64,000 bases of DNA from the NCBI GenBank assembly GCA_963791045.1, contig CAWBQK010000013.1, positions 64,001 to 128,000 on the forward strand. Reading direction: 5' to 3'. This DNA comes from Candidatus Latescibacterota bacterium. Its GTDB lineage: Bacteria > Krumholzibacteriota > Krumholzibacteriia > WVZY01. Both the position numbers and the translations under genes were made by a program. This document shows positions 1 to 8,928 of this stretch, in pieces (positions within the stretch are counted from its first letter, which is position 1; each line of letters starts with the position of its first letter). The notes under the pieces are model-generated. The model did no database searches. It was given only the letters and a program-made list of their open reading frames with translations, and had not been told where the DNA came from.

Positions 1-3000
1 TATTGGGCCTCGACGAGCGACTTGCCCCGCTTGATCCGGTTGAGCCCCGTCTTAACAGCGACATATTCGTCGTCGACCTGGCTTGAGAACGACCGGTACC
101 CCTCGATATCAAACATCGCGGCGAGATCCCAGGTGATCGGGAACGTTTGTTTCATTCCCATGATTGTTCCCATTCGCTTGTCGTTCGCCGTCCGGTTCAT
201 CGCGTACTTCGTATACAGCTTCGAATTCTGACCCGTCTGCGCCTCGATGCCGGTGAGCAGCTGGTGGGTCGCAGGCCGGTTGTGCGCCGACAAGTACTCG
301 TGCGTCGCCACGACCCGGTATCTCTGGAGGAAGCGGTACGACAAAGCCGAAGTCAAACGGTCGGGATACTCATCGACAATATCCGCGCCCTGGTTCCGCT
401 CCCAATGCGTCCGAAGTTCCGCGCTGCGGCCGGCGCGGACGCCGGCGTCAAGCATGGTGAGAAAACTGCTGCTCTCGATACTTTCCTTGTCCTGCGTCGC
501 CGCCCTGAGGCCCGCGCCAAACATCAGGGTCTTCCCTTCGTACTTTCCAAGCACGTCCACATTGCCAAGACGGTCGCCGCTATTGTCATTCCGGTGTTTG
601 AAACCGTGCGAGTCGATGGACAGGTCGTTGCTTATTCTCAAGTGCGAGTCAAACCCCGCCTTTTCGCTGTAAAGCTCGCGCGAAGCTCCGGCAAACGACG
701 GGTTGAGGAAATTGCCGTCGACCTTGCGGAGATAAACCGAGTGCTCACCCATGAGTTTTTTCGTGCCCGCCATCACGCGAAACGCGTTGCCTTCGCCGGC
801 GATGTCGTCCTCGCTTCGAGCAAACTCGCCCCCCAGATCGAGCCAGCCTATCGAGTATCCGCCATCGAAGCCGTAGAGCGAATAATCCGAAAGATGCCCG
901 TCCTTGGCGATCGCGGTCACGCCGAGCTTGAAACGGCCGCTCTGTGCCAGTGCGCCTCGGATCCCGTAGAGATAGTCTCCCTCTTCCGACGATTCCGCCT
1001 CGTAGATGGCGACGATCCTTACCGGGTTCAATTCGCGCGTGAATGCGGGAATCGGCTCTTTGAAAAGAATCGCGCCGTTGAAATAGTTGACGGTGAAGTC
1101 CCGATGTTCAGTGAGGGGCCTGATCTCTAGAATTCTCTCGGACTGGTAGCGGTCGCGCACCTGGAGCATGAGGTTTACAGAGTTTTCCACGACGGGCGAT
1201 TTCGACAGGAAGTAGAACCCGCTGGTGCCGTCACCCTGGATTTCATCCTGGACGGTAAAGAAATCCGTTTTGGTCACGAACGCTTCGACACCGGCGTTCC
1301 CAGAAACGATGGCGCCGTTGAGGCCGGTGGCTGATTTCTTGTAGGTGAGAAATTCTCCCTCGGTAAACGGCGACCGGAAGTCTCCGTATCGCAAGAAGGA
1401 CTGCCCCTTCTCGAGGGCGATGTAATTGCCGCCCTGCGCGGGCGCCTCGTAGTGAAGCTCGGACGCGTCGCCGTACGCCGTGTACTGACGCTCGGGGTTG
1501 AAAGTCTGAAGGAGCGGATCGTCGTAGCGCTTATCGGTGTCGATACGCGCGGTCAAATTGATTCCCGCGTACGACGTCCCCTGGATAAAGAAACGCGACT
1601 CGCCTTTGAATCGAACACCCTCGTAGTAATCTTCGAGACCCAACGGATCGCCGCTCCCCGATGAGCTGAAAGCGCCGAGACGCCCCTCGATGATTCCCGA
1701 CATAAACATCGACCGGTGTGCCGGAACAAAAGCGACAACACATGTCGCCCTGTAACCGTGCGACTCGACGACAATATTCCGGCGCCCCGTTGTCAGGCTC
1801 GGCCGGATGTGCACGAGGAACTGTCCGTTCTCGCTCGAAATCTGCAGGCCGCGCTGATCCGGATCTTCGTCGGAGTTAGTAACAAGCGAATCGCCTTCGA
1901 TCACGGTGGCTATGAGACCGTTTATCGTCGGGAGACCGAGTTCGTCGCGGAGTTCGACCAGAATCGTCTCGCGTGACTGCCCGTCCGCGGGAAGGATGAC
2001 ACGATCGGGCACTATCGCGATATCCACGGGTTTGCCCGCGAGCGCGACCGACACGCTGTCGACAATCGTTTCGGCTCCATTGACGGGGGTCGCTTCGAGT
2101 CGAGGCGTGTTCCAACCGTTCTTGATGCGCACGGCGTAATAAGTGATCTCTTCGAATCGTTCGTCGAGATGGATTTCTTTTTTACCGATCCGGTCCGCGG
2201 GAACGAGTTCGTCACCGCTGAACAATTCGTACTTGCTGCCCAGCGGGACCCGGGCCGTGACTTCGATCTGGTCGCGCTTAATCACAACCGATCGGTCGGG
2301 CGGGTCAAGGAGTCCGAGCGCCTTTACCTTGTCCTGGCCGCCGCGTTCGTCCGGCGGACTCTGTTCAGCATCGCCGGCAACTCCGTTCGCTCCGCCAACG
2401 GAATAACTCGCCGTGCTGTCCCCGGGGGCAAAACCGACACCGGCGGCGCGCAAACGCATGGCGAGATCTTTGTCCTCTTCCCACGAAACCAGCGTGTAAT
2501 ACTCCGTCTCTTTGCCGCCCCATCCGTGGGCGAATGGCTCGAGGACGACCGTGGAATCGAGCCACGATGACGAAGCGTCGGGAACGTCCGGCCACGCGGG
2601 CTCGGTAATCGACCGGTTTGCTTCACGCCACGGGACTTTGCGGCTCGTGCTTGTCTCCACGCTTCCCAAATCCGCCCGCGTACTCGAACCACCATACGAA
2701 CTCGATCATCCGCCCCCGTGTCCCCGACCGTCGAGTTGAATCCGACAACGGAACGAATCTCGCGCACCCGATGCGTGTCGGACGCCGCCGCGGTAAACGA
2801 CACCTTGCACTCGATTCCGCGCGATCGGGCAAATCCACCGACGACATATCGGCCATCGACTTCGGCGATCCTCCCCGCCGCACGTGACGCGCGTCTTTGC
2901 GTCATCGAACACATCCGGGATTTCGAGCGCGAGATCAATCTCGACCGGGATTATCGCGTCGGAGGAGATTCCCCAAATCACAAACACGTGGAACGAATCG

Positions 3001-5282
3001 GCGACGGTTGTCACGTTACTCATGTCGGCTTCGACACGGTCGATTTCCGCATGGTCCTCGACACCGGTTCCCGGCGGAACAAAACTGACCTCGACACGAC
3101 GGTTCTCTGCGCGGCCTTCGCGCGTCGTGTTCGTCGCCACCGGCGTAGTGTCGCCGTGGCCTCGTGCGACGATCCGCTCTTGGGGAATCCCTTTGGCGGA
3201 CAGATACCGCTTAACCGCGCCGGCACGCGCCTCGGAGAGTTCCTGGTTCGAAGCAAATTCCGCGTTGTGGATCGGAATGCTGTCGGTGTGACCTTCCAGA
3301 TAGACGATCCAACCAGGATTCTTCTCGAGAAATTCGACAATCGGGTTGAGATAGTGCAGCGTCCCGGTTTTCAGATACGATTTGCCGATTTCGAACAGCG
3401 AACTTGGAATTGACGGCATCCGGTAAAGGGCCTGTTGTTGTTTCCGGATGCTCACCATTTCCTGGCAGGATATCTGACGCGACACCCGCGGCCTTTCGCG
3501 GGCCCGTTCGGGCATCGGGAATGACACCACCGCGTGGCCGCTGGGGATCATGTGGACCAACCGTTCGGTGCCGAACACTGCGTTGGTTTTTGTGGATATG
3601 GCCTCGATGTCGACGATGTCGGGCGCGAGCGTGCTTTCATCGATCCGGATTACACGAAAACCGGAAAACACCCACGGGACCGAGAAGCGCCCCGTCGAGT
3701 CGGTCAACGCGTACTCCCCGCTCTCGAGAAATACGCCGACCCTCGGGAGTCCCCTCTCTCCGTGATCACGCTTGCCGTTTTTGTTTGCGTCGACAAACAC
3801 ATCGCCAAGGAGGAAACCCTCGTCACCAAACATATCGTTTGCAATCTTGAGCGCGTTGACCACGGGCCCCGCGTAAAGATTGCGCGCGAGCGCCGTGCCG
3901 ACAGCGTTTCCGGTGATCTTCGTCCAGCCGTTCTTGACGCGACTGTTTGCGACAAACTTGATCACCGCCTGCCGGCGTTCCCCGGGAGCGAGTGATCCAA
4001 CCTGCCATGCGAGGGTCTTTCCGTCGAGCTCAAAATCCGGACTCGAGAGAAACTCGAGTGTCGGCTGAACCGTTTCGTCCACAACGACATTGTCGGCGCG
4101 GACGCTGTCGCTCCGGTTGGCAACCGCGACAACCAGGGTGACGATGTCACCGAAGGCCGCCGTGTTTTCTTTGAAAGTTTGTTCGAGACTGAGAACCGCC
4201 GACGGGTTGAACGGTTCGGCAAGAACAATCCGGTCGATTGTTTCGTTCGTCCGCGTCGTGTCGAGGAGCGAACGCGCTCGCAGACGAATCGATAACGAGT
4301 CCTGCCCGACGTGATAGAACGACTCATCTTCGGTGGTGACGTGAACTTGAAGCGTCCGTCTTTCACCGCTTTCCAGCTGACCGAGAAGCACCGCGCCCGA
4401 ACTGGCAGGAACCGTTCGAAGCCCGTTGCCGGCGCTGTCCCGCACGGTTACCTGAACCCCGGGCGGCCAACCGGTCGAATCGGCGGGCTCGATCCGAATT
4501 ATGTCCGGATCGCGGCCATCGTTAAGAATTTCGTTTTCAAAAACAAGTGTCTGCGTCGACACTCCAACGCTGCGGCGCGTGACGTCATCGGGACTACCCT
4601 CTCCGCCCGGCAACGCCTTCGCGTTCTCGAGCGGTCCGACGTGAAGCGGTTGGACTGGATCCGCCTGTGTGAGAATGTGAACAACGCTCGATGCCCGGCG
4701 CTCGAGCGTGTCGACACCCGTGGCCGCCGAAATATCGACATAACTATCCCCACCACCCTGCCCCGAAGTGAGAACGTACATCGTTCCCAGGTCCGTCGAC
4801 TCTCCGGGCCCGAGGTTGAGGAAGGATCGGTCTTCCTCTCCGGGATCGAAAGCGGAATTCCCGTTCGAATCGTGATAGAAAACGACATCACTGATTCCAA
4901 TCGTCGACGCGGACAAGATCGCGTGATCGACCGAGATCGAATCGGCGACGTTCCCCAGGTTTCGCACCACGAAACCGCACTGAACGGTATCCGCCTCGAA
5001 ACCGAACAGCGAATACGCGGGACTCGCTACCGTGCCGGCCGGCGTAAGCGAAATCTGGAAGAAAGGACCCACTGGTGTGGTCGCCGGATTGGACCGAACG
5101 GCGTGTCGGAAGCCGTTCTGAGTGTACTCGGCGCTGGACTGGGAAATGATTTCATAACCAAGAGGCGGGACGGCGGCCTGCACGTTTTGCCAAACAAAAA
5201 ACACCCCTACGACGACCCAACACCATAACAGGCGCTTTAACAATGGGTTATAGGGATGAATTCTCACTTGATGATCTCTCAA
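1..5282 (-). CDS. Giant secreted outer-membrane protein: N-terminal Ig/DUF11 repeats, SdrD-B-like domain, OmpA-like peptidoglycan-binding domain, Ig domain and long beta-rich barrel-like C-terminus. 3' end lies beyond the window. Interrupted by an apparent compensating frameshift pair (~2870 and ~2710).
   Basis: 858-aa ORF 5282-2706 has a signal peptide (..QNVQA|AVPP), DUF11 (GDIVTLVVAVAN..LAWQVGSLAPGE), FVDANKNGKRDHGE and OmpA motifs (EGHTD, NQELSEARA, NRRVE). In the segments I translated, the same frame resumes after TGA 2706 and reaches base 1 (NPERQYTAYGDASELHYEAP, ERILEIRPLTEHRDFTVNYFNGAILFKEPIP). The ORF track lists no stop-bounded ORF in that frame. Segment ~2870-2710 reads protein-like in another frame. 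Start codon uncertain. Confidence 0.8.
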
Positions 5283-5308
5283 GGATACAATCCGCCATAT
5301 ACGGGGCT

Positions 5309-5340
5309 GGCGGATGAATGGCTGAAGCCACTCATCCGCC
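5309..5340 (-). other. 14-bp intergenic RNA hairpin (mRNA stabiliser or attenuator candidate, no U-tract)
   Basis: Minus strand GGCGGAUGAGUGGC-UUCA-GCCAUUCAUCCGCC. The single mismatch is a G-U pair only on the minus (coding) strand. Confidence 0.6.
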
Positions 5341-5376
5341 TGCCTTGCTCAAATATTGTCCGTCTTGTCGGACGAA

Positions 5377-8079
5377 CTACTCGGCAATGATCCGAACTAT
5401 AAAACTCACACCGGTTGCTGACGCTCCACCGGGTTCAAGAACTCCGGCGAGAACAAAACGCACATGCGTAACGTTCGCGTCGAAGTTGACCGGTGCACCG
5501 CCACCACCGCTGACCGGCGTGTACGTCCACGACGTACCGCCGTCATTCGAATACTGCGGCGTTACGCCGGTAATCGAAGCCGGTGGTGTGCCAGGGTCAA
5601 CGGAACCGACACGGAACTGCGTGAACGCCGGAACCGCGTCTATGACCGCAAGGGTCTGAAGCGAATCCGTTCCGAGGTTCTGATAGTCCGTGGTGTATGT
5701 AAGCTCCGAGCCCGGTGTTTGCGGGCCCGCGGGAGCCACTGCCTTGGTGATCTGGAGATCACCGGCTGTTATCAACGTGATGTCGATCGCGTCGTCGCTC
5801 ACGAGCGTGACGTTGCCTGTAGCGGTCAACGTGCCCGTCTCAACCGTTCCAACGGTCGCCGTACCGGGAACCATGACCTGAGCGATAACCGTAACGCTGG
5901 CGCCGGGGTTGAGCGTTACATCGGCCAGAGGGTTGTTGAGCGTATCGTAGAACAGATACGTCCATCCCTGCGACGAGACGTACGACAGCGCGAACGTATC
6001 GGCCACGTTACCGGTATTGGTTACCGTGTGCGTGTAGCGGATCGTCCCGCCGGGTGTCGTGCTCCCGTTCTGATCGGGAGAGAAATCAACCGCCGCAAAG
6101 TTGTTTATCGTAACTGTGTTGGCGATAGTGTCCAGAATGGTTCCGTTGGCAACCGAGGTCGCTGTAAACGACACGGGGTTGATACCCGGAGCCGCACCCG
6201 CAGGAACATCCACACGGGCGACGATATTTACCTCGGCTCCACCCGCGATCGGTCCCACCGATACCAGTGTCGTGGTTTCGCCGGGATCGAGCACACCGTT
6301 GCCGTTGGGATCGTCGTAGAACGTGACGTTCCATCCCGCGGGCACCGCATAGGTGAGCGTGTAGGAATCGCTTCCCCCACCCGTATTAACAACATCGAGC
6401 GGGAAATCAACCGACGTCGCCGGGTCGGCGGGCAGATCCAACGGATTGTTGTCCGTGCCCGGACCGGCAAGGTAGTTACCGATGTCCACGCTGACCGGCG
6501 TCACGTTGAGGACGCGATCAGTCGTAAGGTTGAACTCGGTTGGATCGATCGTCGACTGGGCACGGATAACCGCGTCAAACGGTCCGCCGGCAGCCTGGCT
6601 GCCCGGGATTACCAGTCGAACGATAATGTCGACACTGTCGCCCGGCGCAACGGGGCCCACATCGGGGAGTCCGTCAAAACCGGTATCGGCGAGCGGAGTC
6701 ACGCCATCTGACTGGAGCAAAAGAACGCCCCAGGTGGCGGGAAGTGTCGACGCCGGATCGGTGAGAATATTGATCTGATCGGCGGCATTGCCGTCGTTTC
6801 TTACGGTATTGACGAAGTCCACGGTCGTGCCCGCATCGGCGTTGGCGAGAGTCTGGAGATCGTCGTTGTACAGGGGAGGCGTACCGGCACCGGCGTCACC
6901 GGCAGGACCGATTACGATGTCCGCGAGACCGCCGATGGTCACCAGCGCGTTATTCGAAACGATCGTTGTCGGATCCGGTGTCACGGCGGTGTTGTCGATA
7001 TAGGTCACGGCCGCGGTGTTACCCAGTGAACCGGCGCCCATGCCGATCGGAACGGTCGCCTGATACACAAAGTTGTAACCCTGACCCGGAATGATCGCGC
7101 CGTTGGTCACATAACCGACGGCAAGGTCGCCCGGCCCTGCTACGAGGCCCCAGTTCCATGTTTCGGGATCTCCAGCGGTCGACTCGCCGGCGGGAAGATA
7201 AAGAACCGTTCCACCCGCTGGCGTACCAAACGGCACACCGGAAATTGCGAGAGGATTTCCCGTCGAAGGATCGGTCGGAATAATATCCCAGAGCAACACA
7301 CCGGTAAGACCAACGGAACCAACGGTTACGCCGTTCGCGTTGTTGTTACCCGTGTTTGAACCGGAAAGCGTGTAGGTTACCTGGTTGCCTTCGAATACGA
7401 TCGCGGGCGCGGCGGCGAGATTGGCCGTCATTACCGCGTCGTTCACAACGTCGGTCCTGTGATAATTGCGTGTGTCGATCTGTGCCGCGTCTCCAACAGA
7501 GACACCGGTCACACCGACGTAAGCAAGTTCACCCGAAACGGCGGCCGCGGGCACTGTGTAGGCGACGATAACACTGATTGTCTGCCCGGCGGTGAGAATC
7601 CCCGTATTGCCCGAAATGCCCCCGGCGCTCAGAACGGGTTCACCAAGATCCACCATGCCGTTCGAGTTGAGATCGTGATAAATCGTGACATCGACGTTGT
7701 TGAGCAACATTGTTGAATTCGCAACGTCAACATTGGGAGACAACGTAAAGTCATCGTCGTCATTACCCGTGTTGGTCAGATCGTATCTATAATATACGGT
7801 CATGCCGGGCAGTGCATTCTGAGCCATCGCCGGAGTCAGGGGAGGCGTTTCACCCGAATCATCGGGGAGAATCGACACACCAAACACCGGAAGAACGATG
7901 GTGATGACTTCATTTGATGTCGCGGAATAATTGTTCCCACCCATGTCCTGGTAGGTCGCAGATGACCGGTTCCGGATCTGCGTACCGGCAGGCGTTGCCT
8001 GCGCAAAGACAGTTGTTGCCGTGACCGCGACGATCAACAGCAACATCACGGGAAGGGTGATGTAGACTCGTCTACTCAT
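5377..8079 (-). CDS. Secreted 900-aa DUF11/Ig-like repeat protein, putative fibre (pilin-like) subunit
   Basis: Signal peptide (..TTVFA|QATP), RBS AAGGA. Repeated 'V.I.P..PG.T..Y..NTGN..D.F.L' Ig modules, Ca-loop motifs DLNSNGMVD and DPNGNGVLD, C-terminal DUF11 (LQITK..GSELTY..IDAVP..YSNDGG..VTHVRF). Thr/Gly/Val-rich. Confidence 0.85.
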   Translation of the reverse strand: MSRRVYITLPVMLLLIVAVTATTVFAQATPAGTQIRNRSSATYQDMGGNNYSATSNEVITIVLPVFGVSILPDDSGETPPLTPAMAQNALPGMTVYYRYDLTNTGNDDDDFTLSPNVDVANSTMLLNNVDVTIYHDLNSNGMVDLGEPVLSAGGISGNTGILTAGQTISVIVAYTVPAAAVSGELAYVGVTGVSVGDAAQIDTRNYHRTDVVNDAVMTANLAAAPAIVFEGNQVTYTLSGSNTGNNNANGVTVGSVGLTGVLLWDIIPTDPSTGNPLAISGVPFGTPAGGTVLYLPAGESTAGDPETWNWGLVAGPGDLAVGYVTNGAIIPGQGYNFVYQATVPIGMGAGSLGNTAAVTYIDNTAVTPDPTTIVSNNALVTIGGLADIVIGPAGDAGAGTPPLYNDDLQTLANADAGTTVDFVNTVRNDGNAADQINILTDPASTLPATWGVLLLQSDGVTPLADTGFDGLPDVGPVAPGDSVDIIVRLVIPGSQAAGGPFDAVIRAQSTIDPTEFNLTTDRVLNVTPVSVDIGNYLAGPGTDNNPLDLPADPATSVDFPLDVVNTGGGSDSYTLTYAVPAGWNVTFYDDPNGNGVLDPGETTTLVSVGPIAGGAEVNIVARVDVPAGAAPGINPVSFTATSVANGTILDTIANTVTINNFAAVDFSPDQNGSTTPGGTIRYTHTVTNTGNVADTFALSYVSSQGWTYLFYDTLNNPLADVTLNPGASVTVIAQVMVPGTATVGTVETGTLTATGNVTLVSDDAIDITLITAGDLQITKAVAPAGPQTPGSELTYTTDYQNLGTDSLQTLAVIDAVPAFTQFRVGSVDPGTPPASITGVTPQYSNDGGTSWTYTPVSGGGGAPVNFDANVTHVRFVLAGVLEPGGASATGVSFIVRIIAE

Positions 8080-8089
8080 AGTCCTTACC

Positions 8090-8581
8090 TCACTTGATTA
8101 CCGTTCTGTACGTTACAGTGATGCCTTGTTTTGGCTGGACGGGCTCCGAGAGAGCCCAACGGAGATGCGTCACCATGTCCGGTGTTGCCTCCACCAATTC
8201 TTCCTCGCCGTTCTCGTTCGTCTGTTTGACGAGAATCGGCCAGGCCTGGTACGTTTTTCCTCCATCGATGCTGTACTCCACGTCGCCCGTTTTGAGCTCG
8301 GTGGCTGACGGATGGACGAATTCGGTACCCAACGGGATTCCGTCCGTTATGAAAATATTCTGTATGGGCTGGTCGCCGGTGTTGGTGTAGGTCAACCGAT
8401 ATTCAATTGTATCGTTTGGCCTCGCGTTATCAGCGGGAAGAAAATCTTCCACTCCCTGGTCGGTAACCACCACCCGAAAAGCCTCGAGACTGCCCGCCAG
8501 ATCCCCCCCGGCGGCAAATGCCATCGATGCGGTCAATCCGAGAACAAGCAGAAACACCGCAAAGAAGCGCTTCTCTATCAT
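8090..8581 (-). CDS. Small secreted single-DUF11-domain protein (163 aa)
   Basis: GGAGG RBS before ATG 8581. Signal peptide MIEKRFFAVFLLVLGLTASMAFA. Motifs PNDTIEYRLTYTNTG..ITDGIP..EYSIDGGKTY..VTHLRW, homologous to the C-terminal domain of the 900-aa neighbour. Confidence 0.85.
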   Translation of the reverse strand: MIEKRFFAVFLLVLGLTASMAFAAGGDLAGSLEAFRVVVTDQGVEDFLPADNARPNDTIEYRLTYTNTGDQPIQNIFITDGIPLGTEFVHPSATELKTGDVEYSIDGGKTYQAWPILVKQTNENGEEELVEATPDMVTHLRWALSEPVQPKQGITVTYRTVIK

Positions 8582-8695
8582 AAAGAGCCTCCTTAAAAAC
8601 TCCGGTCCGTGGATAATTTGAAACGTCGCGGCGAGGATCGATGACGTACCGAGGGGTAAGATTTCTTCCCCGCCTGTCCGGTCAGGGAGACAGAT

Positions 8696-8711
8696 AGCAA
8701 GGAGTGAACCA
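8696..8711 (-). promoter_or_regulatory. Candidate sigma54 (-24/-12) promoter of the DUF11 operon
   Basis: Minus strand TGGTTCACTCCTTGCT = TGG-N10-GC with TTGCT, ~115 bp upstream of ATG 8581. A GAFTGA activator is encoded next door. Confidence 0.6.
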
Positions 8712-8721
8712 CCTATGAGAA

Positions 8722-8741
8722 GTGTCAAGGAACGATGACAC
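8722..8741. promoter_or_regulatory. Palindromic operator candidate GTGTCA-N8-TGACAC
   Basis: Perfect 6-bp inverted repeat just upstream of the sigma54 element. Confidence 0.4.
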
Positions 8742-8840
8742 CTCATGAGAAATCCCGCGTCGCTGTGGGGCGACCGACGGCGGTTTCTCCCCAATCACGG
8801 AACGACGGGGTAATTCAAGACGCAACACGAACGCGCAACC

Positions 8841-8857
8841 CCTTGCAAGATGCAAGG
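8841..8857. promoter_or_regulatory. Palindrome CCTTGCA-N3-TGCAAGG, candidate enhancer (UAS)
   Basis: Perfect 7-bp inverted repeat 130-146 bp upstream of the -24 element, a typical bEBP enhancer distance. Confidence 0.4.
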
Positions 8858-8928
8858 TTTCTGGCGAAGACACCCGGAACAGGCCGAAAAGTGTTGAATA
8901 TTCTCCACCCAATGGCAATTATTTGGTC

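Noticed and set aside
147-1130. 327-aa plus-strand ORF (likewise 4311-5228, 5464-6711, 38555-39949 and many others)
   Set aside because: Antisense shadows of real genes in GC-rich DNA. No motifs or RBS, and the opposite frame encodes recognisable proteins.
2706-2708. In-frame TGA as selenocysteine or readthrough codon in the giant gene
   Set aside because: The preceding ~55 codons read as Arg/Cys-rich nonsense while another frame is protein-like, indicating two compensating indels rather than recoding.
5377-8079. Internal repeats as a DNA repeat array or CRISPR
   Set aside because: Similarity is only at protein-motif level. There are no identical direct repeats with spacers and no cas genes in the window.
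8582-8794. 71-aa N-terminal extension of the small DUF11 ORF
   Set aside because: A GGAGG RBS and signal peptide begin at ATG 8581, and the extension overlaps the promoter elements.
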